Assembly (NCBI GenBank): GCA_964016885.1
Contig: OZ024741.1
Coordinates: forward strand, 393,886,001-393,950,000
DNA from: Eledone cirrhosa
Lineage: Eukaryota
Direction of reading: 5' to 3'
DNA length: 64,000 nt
Shown: in pieces, positions 26,124-39,642 of the stretch
Layout of the letters: every line of letters begins with the position of its first letter
Position numbering within the stretch: position 1 is the stretch's first letter
Notes under the pieces: model-generated
Told to the model about the DNA's origin: nothing
What the model saw: the letters and a program-made list of their open reading frames with translations, nothing else
Database searches by the model: none
Program-made: the position numbers and the translations under genes

Positions 26124-26291
26124 TATATACACACACATACACACACACATACACACACATATATTAATAACAATAATAATAATAACAATAATAATAACGA
26201 CAACAACAACAATAATCATATACATATATATATATACACACACACGCACACACATAAACATATCTATACACACACACGATAGCAACCAACA

Positions 26292-26580
26292 GCGCTGCGA
26301 TCGAATGTGGCTTTTTAGAGTCGGCAACCAAAACATTCACTGGGAATAGCCGGCTGTGGTTGGAGTTCATGTACTTTTGCATGTCGCTTGAGCCCTCCTG
26401 CTGATTTACATTTTCTACTACATGCTTGGCAAGCATGATGAGTAGCATCTCCAACAGCAGCCTGGTAGTCAACCACTGGTCTTACTTTATGACTGCGAAG
26501 ATGACTTTCGAGTCAAGCTTTGCTTAGGCAGAGTCTCGCACAGACGCTGCATGTCAGCACCATAGGAGGACCCTCGCCGT
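26292..26580 (-). mobile_element. Second copy of the RTE zinc-finger 3' end
   Basis: Clear similarity to 23200-23515. Confidence 0.75.
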
Positions 26581-26654
26581 ATACATACATACATACATAC
26601 ATACATACATACATACATACATACATACATACATACATACATACATACATACAT

Positions 26655-29600
26655 AACAGTCAACGCGATCAGTCGCATATTTTGGTGTGGGAGACTATTC
26701 ATTAAATCTAAGATGAATACTATCTCCGACAGTAATGCCACAACTACAGCCAGGTTGAATAACTGGTTATTCTTCTAACTATCCCTTCTGAAGACACCTT
26801 TTATTCGAATTCTTAGAGATATCGGACTAAATACATAATTCATTTTACAAGGATTTTCTACAAACAGACTGGCTAAATACAACATCAACAACATTAGTGG
26901 AATACCGAAGAGAAACGAGAAAGCTAAACAAAATTTATTCAGTTGTAGCTACAGAAGAAACCGAAATTATAAATCGCATTTCTCGTGGAGTTGCGAACTT
27001 AATGATGATTTAGTTAATTGTTATAAAATGGCAAAAAACAATCCTTCCATTGGCTATATGAATAGAATGAAGCTACACTGGGACGAAATGCACCCAGAGC
27101 TAAATTATTTCACAGCGAAACAATTACGCCAACAAGCGACGTTTGTTGAACGTAAAAATAAGATTAATATTATTAATTGTAAGTTCCACACAACAAACAT
27201 GGAATCAATAACACGTGCTACAGGTCGCCATGCTACTAGACTTCCAAGCAGCCAGGTAGAACAGTGCCTTGAAATAACTATGCCTGTAAGAAACTTGACA
27301 CCACCTGTACCATCTAAGTCTACCTCGAATGCTGGGGAAAACACTATCGATAATAATAATAATCGAGGAAATAATAATAATAATCGAATAAATGTGACAC
27401 CACGTATACCATCCGAGTCTACCTCGACTGTTGTGGAAAATACTATCGATAATGATCATCAAAAGTATAAACAATTGAAAATTTCCCTCAACGAAATCTT
27501 CCAGAGAGAAATTAACTCATGTATAAATATCTCTCTTGCTGAACGTGTTAAAATGACAATGGTGAATAAAAAAAACCACTGAGGTCCCACCCCAGAAAGA
27601 CATAGATTCCTTTTGGAGAAAAATATGGGGTGAAAAGAAGAATTTCAACCAAGATGCAGTGTGGCTAAGAGAAATCCGAAAGAACTATTGCTCCTACACT
27701 ACAACAAAAACATACGAAATAAGTGAGGGTACCCTTGTGATAGGAAAACTCCAAGATGAGAAAACACCAGGAAGAGACATGATTGTCGGTTACTGGTACA
27801 ATAAACTTATATTCTATCGGAGGTATCTTACTGACCTCTACCAACAAGTTCTTAAAGGAGATACACTTATACCAGAATGGTTGACATTAGCACAAACATT
27901 ACTGGTCCCCAAGAACAAAGACACCCACTTGGCAAAAAAAACTACCGACCCATTGCATGCCAGAACCTGATGTATAAGATGTATACAGCCTGCCTGAACC
28001 TATTCCTCCAAGATCACTGTGAAAATATAACATCATCACAGATGAACAAGCAGCTGGAAAGAAAAGGGTTTGGGGATGTGCTGAACGACTCCTAATCAAC
28101 AAAACTGCGATTTCGGAGGTGCGACAACTTAGGAGGAATATGGCTACAGTCTGGCTGGACTACAGGAAAGCTTTCGATTCTGTTCCCACTCTTGGATGAT
28201 AGAGGCCCTCCAACTTGCTAAAGTCCCAGACATTATTGTCAGAGCCATAGAGAGGCTGTCTTCTTCTTGGGCTACTATAAGGTTAAAGACAGAGAGAGAG
28301 GACTCTATTTTCACTGATAAAATAAAATATTACAGGGGTATATTTCAGGGGGACAGTCTCTCTGTGATATTGTTCATCTTGTCATTAAACACCTTGTTCT
28401 TTCTGCTCAAGAAATGTGAAGGATACATCATTGGCTCACAGGAGGACAGAAATACGAACCTAACCCATAACTTCTTTGTGGACGATCTGAAACTCTATGC
28501 CAAGAACATGGATGGGATGAAGAAAAATCTTGACCTGGTTACAACGTTGTCAAAGGATATAGGAATGGAGTTTGGCCAAGATAAATGCTATACATGACTG
28601 TAAAGCGGGGAAAAGCAACAACCCAATCTAGCAATATTTGTATCAATGGCCTAACTGTTTTACCGATATCTGATGAGGACTGCTACAGATACCTGGGGAT
28701 AGATGAGAACATGCTATAATGGTATCTGTAATAAAGAACCCGTAACCAGGGAATACTACACCCGATTAAGAAAGATCTGGTCATCGGAACTCTCTGCGCA
28801 AAACAAATCAGTGGCTCACAATGTGTTTGCTGTACCTGTCCTAACACCAACGTTTGGAATACTCAATTGGACGATAGACGAAATCTGAGCAGTTGATGTT
28901 GGAACTCGAAAAATACTGAACAACACCGGAAACTTCCACATCAACAGTAACATAGACCGCCTTTACTTGAAACGTAAGCAGGGAGGCAGAAGCCTAACAT
29001 CAGTCCAGACAACATTTGAATGTCGCATCATATCTCTCCAACAACATCTACGAACCTCAAAGCGTAGGAGTCCGCTTCTCGAGAAAGTCTATCTGCATGA
29101 AACAGATAAGATCATGAGAGTTGGGAAGGAACTCCTTGAGAGATATCCCCCGTGTGATAATCAAAAACTCACACCCAGCAGTATCGCAGTGAATCCATGG
29201 ATGAAAAACTGCATGCCTATCAGCAAAAAATCATGCATGGATATGTTACAAGGCAGCTCCAGAGTGAGAGTAATATAGATAAGGAAAGTAGTCTATCTTG
29301 GACCTACAACCGCAATATTGGCTCCCACTTTGCAGGATACGCTTTTGCAATCCAAGAACAGGAGATTAGCACGAAATACCTGATTCACAAAAGAGATAGG
29401 GATGCAAAAGAGATAGATGTGATAACAAGTGCAGACACTGCAGAACTAACATTGAGGATATCACCCATGTCATCAACAGCTGCCCAAAGATGTCATCACG
29501 GTACTATCTACCTATGAGGCATGATGTAGTGGCCAAAACACTGTACAATGCAGTTCGTAAAAACGATAGCCCCGATAATAAACACATTAAAAGCTACAAC

Positions 29601-30252
29601 AATGTGGAAGACATCCATGTACACAATATGAAAGTGTACTGGTGGAATGTTCCAGTAAAAACCCCAATAAAATGCAGGCATAACAGACCAGATATTATGA
29701 TATGGGACAGGGAGAAGAAAACATGTACAGTAGTGCTAATTAGCTGCCCAGCAGATGCCAATATAATATCAAAGATTAGTGAAAAGGAGAATATTTATGC
29801 AGAACTGATGTGAAATCTGCAGATGCTCCACCCTGATTACACCTTCAGATTTATGCCTGTGATTATTGGGGCACTGGGATATGTTAGTAACTGCCTCAAT
29901 ACAAATCTTGAGAAGCTAGGCTTCACAGGAACAGAAAGAACACAACTAGTTAGGAAATTACAAGTACAATCCATTAATGGAACAGTAAAAATATGTAAAA
30001 CATTCCAAAAGTTTTGCATCTAATAACTGCATATAAACATGTACAGATACAAAGCATATACACATGCACACATACAACTCAAAACATATACATCCACACA
30101 TACAATAACATCCATATCTACACATACATGCATACATACATATCTACCTAGTTGATGTTGTGTAAATTCCAATGAGAGAGTCTTGTGTCTATGTTAGAAA
30201 CCGACTCTCTCTCTATTGGTAAAACTTTGTGAAATTATAAAACCAGAAGAAC
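26655..30252 (+). mobile_element. R4/Dong-clade RLE retrotransposon with both ends present, internally deleted and decayed
   Basis: RT motifs YRPIAC, WLDYRKAFDSV, GIFQGDSLS and FVDDLKLY; CCHC region; RLE motif HNRPD..ISCP. (TACA)n on both flanks. Confidence 0.9.
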
Positions 30253-30279
30253 ATACATACATACATACATACATGCATA

Positions 30280-30722
30280 CATGGCTGTAAACTCTGCTAA
30301 GAGTATTGCAATCGCTTGTCAGATTATAGAGTTTGGTGCACTTTTAGGCTACGGCCAGCTACACGAACCTGTAACATATCCTGAACAAGCAATGCCTGTG
30401 CTTTGAAGGTTTTGTAAGTGGGGGAAAGGCTTTGCATTCGACCAATCCCACTCTCTGAGCATCGAAAACACTATCCGAAAAGGAGAACTAGTCAACATCA
30501 TCGGATGCTTCTGTAGTCACATTTTTTTTTCAGAGTTTCCATCCCCTAGAAAGGTTTTGTGACAACAACTGGGGGCCTTTCACTCCCGGGTGAAAAACAA
30601 AGTACTATTTGGATGGCCGTTGACTCTGCTGAGTCTTGTATTTCTCCCGCAGGGTGTCCAAATATCACCCTCCTCACGAAGCTAGATTGGTGGGGTTGCC
30701 GGTTTAGTCGCCGATGACCCGC
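30280..30722 (-). mobile_element. Family X short RTE-derived element
   Basis: Head GGGTCATCGGCGACTAAACCGGCAACCCCACC and internal GGAAACTCTGA, as in RTE 5' UTRs. Flanked by (TACA)n. Confidence 0.6.
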
Positions 30723-30822
30723 ATACATGCATACGTACATACATACATACATACATACATACATACATACATACATACATACATACATACATACATACAT
30801 ACATAATACATACATACATACA

Positions 30823-31500
30823 AAGAGGAGGATGATCACTCAACAATAAATGTAGGCTTCGTAAAACAGAGATCGAAGATGTTAGCCACATTGTTGCCAA
30901 CTGCGAGAGAATGTCATCTCGTTACTACCTCCCCATGAGACACGATGGGATAGCTAGAATCAACTTGAACGCACTTAAGAAAAGAAAATTAAAAACAAAT
31001 GAGGAAGAATATGTTGAGACAGATGGCACTAAGGTATACTGGTGGAACCTGAAAATAAAAACTGCCACCAAATTAAAGCACAACAGGCCTGATATTGTTG
31101 TTTGGGACCACGCATTGAAAACGTGCTGTGTTGTAGAGATCAGCTGCCCACTTGATGTCAATATTGTAAGAAAAATACATGAGGAGGACATCTACGGATC
31201 ATTGATGAAGAGTTTGCAGATGCAGTATCCAAGATACGCCCTCAGCTTCATACCTATTATTATTGGAGATACATGTTATATACCAACCTACTTGGACCAA
31301 AGTATGACTGAACTTGGATTGGTGGACAAAAAGTGCAGCTCCCTAATTCATTGACTATAAATCGCTGCAATAGCTGGCACCTTCAAGATTTGCAAAACAT
31401 TCTCGCGATTCAAGGGATGACAATTTCTTCTCTTTTACAACCTTGCCACCCGAGAGGTGGCCAGTCAAACATGTACTGAAAATTAAGACAAAGAGAAACA
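30823..31500 (+). mobile_element. 5'-truncated R4/Dong subfamily B copy (zinc knuckle and RLE)
   Basis: Translates to SSRYYLPMRHD and KHNRPDIVVWD..VVEISCP. Flanked by (TACA)n. Confidence 0.85.
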
Positions 31501-32004
31501 TATACATACATACACGCATGCATACATACATACATACATACATACATACATACATACATACATACATACATACATACATACATACATACATCAAGGAAAC
31601 AAAAAAACGAACAAACAGGAGGATGCAATAACAGTGTATTAGTTTCACGTTTGGAGGAAGAAGAGTGAGTTACATAATCAACGTATTGGGCATTTGCCCT
31701 TCACCAGGAAAAACACAAAAGGAAAAGTGCAAAGAAAATATATAAATAAAAATATTAAAATCTTTTGAAATAAAATTTGTTAGCTATATGAACAGAATGA
31801 AGCTACACTGGGACGAAATACATGTAAGGATATACTCCTTACATGCAAACAAAAACAAAAAACATCTTCACTCCTCACCAACAAAGAGTGAAAAGTAAAA
31901 TAGAAACGATGTTTGGAGACAGTACAACCAGAACTCTTCAATATAAGCTGATCCCCCTCAAACAAGAATTGAGAGCTATCAGCGAGAAACAAACATACAT
32001 ACAT

Positions 32005-32775
32005 GGAGTTCCGACAGGTTTATGACATCACACCTTGAAGGATATCTCTATGCAATACAGGAACAAGAACTCCCTACCAAATATCTGCTGCACAAAAGAG
32101 GAGGGCCAGCAGCTGACAATAAATGTAGGCTATGTAAAACAAAGATCGAGGATGTAAGCCACATTGTTGCCAGCTGCGAAAGAGCGTCATCTCGTTACTA
32201 CCTCCCCATGAGACACGATGGGATAGCTAGAACCATCTGGAACGCACTTCGGAAAATAAAATTAACAACAAACGAGGAAGAATATATTGAGACAGATGGC
32301 ACTAAGGAATACTGGTGGAACCTGAAAATAAAAACTGCCACCAAATTAAAGCACAACCGGCCTGATATTGTTGTTTGGGACCACACATTGAAAACGTGTT
32401 CTGTTGTGGAGATCAGCTGCCCACTTGATGTAAACGTTGTCAGAAAAATACAGAAGGAGGACATCTACGGACCATTGATGAGGAGTTTACAAATCCAGTA
32501 TCCGAGATACACCTTTAGCTTCATACCCATCATTATTGGAGCTACGGGTTATATACCAACCCGCTTGGACCAAAGTATGACTGAACTTGGATTTGCAGAC
32601 AAAGAGCGCAGCTCCCTAATTCATAGTCTACAAATGGCTGCGATAGCTGGCACCTTCAAAATTTGCAAAACATTCTTGCGATTCAGGGGATGACAATTTC
32701 TTTTTTTTTACAACCTTGCCACCAGGAAGGTAGCCGGTCAAAAAAATATACTCGAAATTAAGAGAAAGAGATAAC
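32005..32775 (+). mobile_element. 5'-truncated R4/Dong subfamily B copy
   Basis: Open 223-aa frame with CRLC..EDVSHIVASC and KHNRPD..EISCP. Paralogous to 30823-31500. Confidence 0.88.
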
Positions 32776-32784
32776 ATACATACA

Positions 32785-35700
32785 TCAACGCGACCAGTTG
32801 CACGTATTGGCGGTGGAGACTATTCATTAAATTTGAGATAAATACTATCAATAAAGCCACAACTACCTGCCGTGTTGAGTAACTGGAAATTCTTCTATCT
32901 ACACCCATTGAAGAAATCTTTTATTCGAATTTGTAGAGATATCCGACTAAATGCTTAATTTATTTTACAAGGATTTACTACAAACAGCATGGCTGAACAC
33001 AACACTAACAACAAATTACCGAAGACAAAAAACAAAACAACGAGAACGGTAAACAAAACCTCTTTAGTTGTAGCTACAGAAGAAGTCGAAATTATAAATT
33101 GCATTTTTCTTGGAGTTACGAACTTAATAATTGTTATAAAATGCCTCCCCCTCCTTCTGTTGGCTATATGAACAGAATGAAGCTATACTGGGATGAAATA
33201 CACCCAAAGCTAAGCCACTTCACAACCAAACAATTACATCAACAAGCGATATTTGTTGAACATAAAAATAACATGAACATTATTAATTGTAAATCCCCCA
33301 GAACAAACATGCAATCAACAACACGTGCTACAGGTGCCCACTCTACTAGACTTTCTAGCAACCAGACAGGACAGTCCCTTGAAACATAGGCCGGTAAGAA
33401 ATTCGAGAACTATCAGCGAGAAACTTCAATACATGAAGAGGGTAGATGAAAGAAAAATAATTAATAAAAAATTCAGACGAAGCCAAATATCAGTCTATAG
33501 AGATATGAAGGGCAAAGTAATAAATATCACTGAAGCCCCATCCTAGAAAGACATAGATTCCTTCTGCAGAGAAATATGGGATGAAGAGAAGAATTTCAAA
33601 CAATATGCAGTGTGACTAAAAGAGATCCAAAAGACCTACTACAACAAAATCATACGGAATAAATGATGATACCTTTGAGACTGTGATAGGAAAACTCCAA
33701 GATAAGAAAACACCAGGAACAGAATTGATTGCTGGCTACTGGTAGAAAAAAACTGACATTTTATCGGATGTCAACCTCTCAAGGAAAATGCACATATTCC
33801 AGAATGGTTGACATTAGCACAAACAATATTGGTCCTCAAGAACAAAGACACCCACTTGGAAAAGAAACTACCGACCCATTGCCAGAAATGATGTATAAAA
33901 TGTATTCAGCTTGCCTGAACCTATTTATCCAAGATCACTGCGACAATATCATCATCACATATGAACAAGCATCTGGAAAGACAGGAATTTGTGGGGTGGG
34001 ATGCTGAACAACTCCTAATCAACAAAACTGCGATATCAGAGGGTTCACAACCTAGGAGGAATATGGCTACAGTCTGGCTGGACTACAAGAATGTATTTCA
34101 TTCTCTTGGATGATAGAGGCCCTCCGACTCGCTAAAGTCCCAGACACTATTATCAGAGCTATATAGAACCTATCTTCTTCTCGGGCTTCTATCCCAAAGT
34201 TAAAAACAGAGAAGGAGAATTCTATTTTCACTGATAAAATAGAATATCACAGGGGTATATTTCAAGAAGAGAGTCTCTTTGTGCTACTATTTATCCTGTC
34301 ATTAAACCCCTTTCTGTTCAAGAAATGTAAATAATACATGATTGGCTCACAGGAGGACAGAAATACGAACTTAACCCATAATTTCTATGTGAATGAAACT
34401 CTATGCCAAGAACATAAAGGGAATGAAAAAAAAATCTTGACCTGGTTACAACATTCTCAAAGGATATAGGAATGGAGTCTGGCCAAGATAAATGTTCATA
34501 TATGATTGTAAAGCAGGGAATAACTAAAACGCAATCTAACAATTTTTATCAACTATTTCACCGTTATCTGACGACGACTGCTACAGATACCTGGCGATAG
34601 ATGAGAATATATCCTATAATGGTATTTGTAATAAGGAACGCGAAACCAGGGGATAGTACACCCGATTAAGAAAAATATGCTCATCGGAACTCTCTGCACA
34701 CAATAAAACTGGCTCACAATGTGTTTGCTGTGTCTGTTCTAACACCAACGTTTGGAATATACAATTGGTGGATAGACGAAATTCGAGCAATTGATGTTAA
34801 AATCCGAAAAATCCCAAATAACACCGGAAACTTCCACATCAACAGTGACATAGACCGCCTCTACTTGAAACGTAGGCAGGGATACAGAATCCTAACATCA
34901 GCCCAGGCAACATTTGAGCGTCACATCAAATATCCCTCTAACAACATCTACGAACCTGCAAGCCCATCTATTGACCAGGTCTGTCTGTATGAGAAAGATC
35001 ATGAGATTTGGGAAGGAACTCCTTGAAAGGTACTCCCTGCTAGATAATCAAAACCTCACACCCAGGAAAATTGCCCAACAATACCGCAATTAATCCATGG
35101 ATGAAAAATTGTATGCCTATCAGCAAAAAATCACGCAGAGATATGTTGCCAGGAAGCTCCAGAGTGAGAGTAATATAGATAAAGAAAGTAGTCTATCTTG
35201 GACCAACAATCGCTATATTGGCTCCCACTTTGAAGGATACGCTTTTGCAATCCAAGAGCAGGAAATCAATACAAAATATCTGATTCACAAAAGAGATAGG
35301 GATGCAAGCAAAACACCTAGATGTGACAACAAATTCAGAATTAACATCGAAGATGTCACCCATGTCATAAGCAGCTGTTCAAAGTTGTCATCGCGGTACT
35401 ATCTACCTACGAGGCATGATGTAGGGGTCAAAACACTGTACAATGCAATCCATAGAGAAAATAGACCCTACAATAAACATTAAAAGCTACAGCAATGTGG
35501 GGGACATACATATACATAATATGAAAGAGTACTGGTGGAATGTTCCAGTAAAAACCCCAATAAAATGCAGGCATAACAGACCAGATATTATGATATGGGA
35601 CAGGGAAAAGAAGGCATGCACAGTAGTGGAAGTTAGCTGCCCAGCAAATGCCAATGTAATATTAAAGAATAGCGAAAGGGAGAATATTTATGCAGAACTA

Positions 35701-36137
35701 ATGAGAAATCTGCAGATACTCCACCCTGATTATACCTTCAGATTTATACCTGTGATTATTGGGGCACTGGGATATGTTAGTAACTGCTTCAATACAAATC
35801 TTGAGAAGCTGGGCTTCACAGAAATAAAAAGAACACAACTGGTTAGGAAATTACAAGTACAATCCATTAATGGAACAGTAAAAATATGTAAAACATTCCA
35901 AAAATGTGGCATCTAATAACTGCATATACACTTGTACTGATACAAAGCATATGTACATGCAACTCAAAACATCCACATCCACACATACAATAACATCCAT
36001 ATCTACACGTGCATGCATGCAGGTATGCATACATATCTACCTAGTTGATGTTGTTGAAATTCCAATGTAAGAGTCTTGTAACTATGTTAGAAACAGACTC
36101 TCTCTATTGGAAAAAAATAATTAAATTATGAAACCTG
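32785..36137 (+). mobile_element. R4/Dong-clade RLE retrotransposon, second decayed two-ended copy
   Basis: Colinear with 26655-30252, including the 5' UTR, RT, RLE and 3' UTR hairpin. Confidence 0.9.
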
Positions 36138-36536
36138 ATATATTTGCTTGAGACAGAAATATATAATCATATTTAACTGCCTTGCAGATGTAAGAAAGGT
36201 AGAATAAAAATGAACATTTATGTACAATTGCTTCGAAACCTACAATTTGTGTATTTAGCTTATAACTTCACATTCGCAATTATAATTATACAGGGAACCC
36301 AAAATATTTTCTTCCCGTCACAAAAATGAAAATACATATTCCTTATTGTATTCTTTGTGTGGAATCTAAATAACTTAAAAACGATTAAGTGTCAGAGAAT
36401 AAGTAAGTGATATAGTCACTGCTTCAAAATTCATAGCGAATGGTCTTCTAAATGTTTTTTAATTAAACATAAAGTATATTATCAAATATATTATACATAC
36501 ATTCATACAGACACACACACACACACATATATATGG

Positions 36537-36630
<94 letters not shown>

Positions 36631-37624
36631 TGTGTGTGTAAATGTATATATGTTTCTATATATAGGGTAAATGTGTGTATGAGTGTGCCACCGTGAGGAA
36701 TCTTCCTCTCGTAGTTCCGTGGCCAACAGAGCCACATTTACACCGCCAGACGATTTCCAGACGATTTCCCATAAGAAAAGCGAAACTAGTCTAAGTTCCT
36801 TCGTATTTTATATTTTTAGAATTAACATAATTTATAGACTGAAATATCGGGAAAGCAAACAACACTCAATAGCAATGTAAGATTTTAGTCAATAAACATT
36901 CACCGATTAGACAATTTAAAATAATGACAAGGGAAAATTTCTCAGTGATGCCTTTTGTATGAAGAAAACATAGTTAAGTGCAAGTCAACTGAAAGAACGA
37001 CGGAAGTCTCCATTGCTACAGGCTCTACCACATACCTATCAAAGAACGGCCGGTACTTGGACAGTTTGCCTTCTTCGGCCTGGTGAGCAGCAGAGTTTGG
37101 GCTGATGGCCGAACGCTCCAGGTTACTATTAGAGAACGTGGCATCTCAGATGAGGGGGCCTACCCCCGCGGAACAGGAAGATTGTGATACTGTCTAACCT
37201 TTTGCCGTCGCTTCGGTCGAGACCCGCTGTCTCGAGTTGGGAAGGGAAGCCTCCTTTATGATATCATTGAGAGCAACAAAGCGTGTGTGTGTGTGGGGGG
37301 GGGGGAGCAGCTAGCACTGTAACAGCATAACAGTGAGGGGAGACCGAAAGGATCCACAGTGGTACTGCAGTGGCATTTGTGAGACTCATAGATGTGGTGA
37401 CCAAGTCTCAGGGAAACACCAATGTGCAAGCAGTCGCTGTCAGGCTGGGTGCCTGTCGCAAGTGATGGAATTGCCTAGAGCTAGGCTCCAATGTGGGGTT
37501 GGGATGTCGAAGCGTGCCAGGCAATGCTGGTCGAGCCGGTGCTCCAGCCCAATCTGTGTTTTCAATAAAAGTAGCAACAGATACAATGGAAGTCCTCACA
37601 TCTTTTGTGAGCCTTAAAAGCTAC

Positions 37625-38645
37625 ACAGTGTGTGTGTATGTTACAGTGTGTATGCGTGAGTGAGAGTGTGTATGTGTGAGTTAGAGTGTGTATGTGTGTG
37701 TTAGAGTGTGTATGTGTGTGTTAGAGTGTGTATGTGTGTGTTAGTGTGTGTGTGTATGAGTTAGAGTGTGTATGTGTGTGTTAGACTGTGTATGTGTGTG
37801 TTAGAGCGTGTGTGTTAGAGTATGTGTGTTAGTGTGTTAGAGTGTGTATGTGTGTGTTAGTGTGTGTGTGTGTGAGTTAGAGTGTGTATGTGTGTGTTAG
37901 ACTGTGTATGTGTGTGTTAGAGCGTGTGTGTTAGAGTATGTGTGTTAGTGTGTGTTAGAGTGTGTGTGTGTGTGTGTGTTAGTGTGAGTGTGTGCTATAG
38001 CATGTGTGTTAGAGTATGTTAGAGCATGTGTGTGTGTATTATAATATGTGTGTGAACATGTATGTGTGTTTGTTAGAGAGTGTACGTGTTTGCGTATGTG
38101 TGTCAGTGTGTGTGTTAGTGTGTGCATGTGCGTGTATGTGTTAGCGTGTATGTGTACGTGTGTGTGTATGTGTGTGTATTAGAGTGTTTCTGTGTTTGTT
38201 AGAGTGTGTGTTTATGTTAGAGTGTATGTGTGTTAGTGTGTGCGTGTGTGTGTTAGAGTGTGTGCGTATGTGTTAGAATGTATGTATATGTTAGTGTGTG
38301 TGTGTGTGTGTGTTAAAGTGAGTATGTGTTTGTGCGTATGTGTGTGTGTGCGTGTGTATGTGTGTGTGCGTGTGTGTGTTTGTGCGTATGTGTGTGTGTG
38401 CGTGTATGTGCGTGTCTGTGTATGTGTTTGTGTGTGTGTGTATGTGTGTGTGTGTATGTGTGTGTGCGTGTATGTGTGGGTGTATGTGTGTGTGTATGTG
38501 CCTGTGTGTATGTGTGTGTGTGTGTATGTGTGTGTGCGTGTGTGTGTATGTGTATGTGTGTGTGTATGTGTGTGTGTGTGTGTGTGTGAGTGTATGTGTG
38601 TGTGTGTGAGTGTGTGTGTGTGTGTGGTTGTGTGTGTGTGTGTGC
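37625..38645. repeat. Compound (GT)n / TTAGAGTGTGTATGTGTGTG minisatellite
   Basis: 20-bp units at 37681-37740 grade into (GT)n. Confidence 0.85.
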
Positions 38646-38929
38646 AGTGCTTATTCCATGACAGTAGCGGGATCAAGAGAAACTAAGAGGGTGGCAGTGT
38701 GTCAAGAAAGCAGCAGTAGCAACGCTAATAACGACGGTAGCGATATATGTAATACTATGGAGGTAGCGGTAATTTAGATTGTTGAAGTATATAGTCAATC
38801 ATGCCATTCTGACACAGAACATTGCCAAATGCTTAGAAGCAGTAGTAGTAGCAGTAGCAGTAGTAGTAGCAATAGAAGTAGCGGTAGCAGCAGTTGTATT
38901 AGTGTGGTAGTGGTCGTGGTGTATATATA

Positions 38930-39512
38930 TATCGAGCATATATCGAGCAATGGCATTAGTTGGAATGAATTCCGTACAGGCTGGACCATTTGGTTGTTGC
39001 CACTTCCTATCCATGAAGACCTAGAAAACCTTTCCAACATGCGCTTTAAATCACGCAAACCAGTCTGGGAATCAATGATGACCTTTCAAGACAATAACTT
39101 TGATCTGAAGGAAGAGTGGCGAAGATCATGAAATGAGTCCAAATTTGCCAACCAGGGTCTCATCGAGGACCCCCACATCTAAACCAGCTGGCTTTAACCT
39201 TTCTAGAAAGCAATGAATGTTCCTTCGGATTCACACAACACATGCTAGGACAGCCCATCATGTGATTGCAGCGAGGACCCTGACCAGACAGTACTGCATG
39301 TTGTTTGGGATTGCCCCCTCAGACGTTTTTCTGGCGGCCTTGAGGTTATCCACAATACTACAAATCAGGCTGAGGTCTGGTTTACCGGTCTCGACCCATC
39401 TCTCTAGCTACTCTGCACCTGTTTACCTACTGTGGTAATGCTACTTTGTCGTTGTGGTTAATTATTGTTTTTGTTATTGTTTAGTCCTAATCGTACAGAC
39501 GTATGATAAAAG
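38930..39512 (+). mobile_element. Ingi/Vingi-like LINE 3' fragment
   Basis: Translates to LPIHEDL...FKSRKPVW, PAGFNLSRKQ and CDCSEDPDQTVLHVVWDC. Confidence 0.65.
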
Positions 39513-39575
39513 GCATTCTAGTCATGACCATCCAGTCTTTTTAAGAGTACGTAAGACTACATTATCCATGATATT

Positions 39576-39642
<67 letters not shown>

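Noticed and set aside
37681-37960. Interstitial telomeric repeat
   Set aside because: Units are TTAGAG embedded in GT repeats, not (TTAGGG)n.
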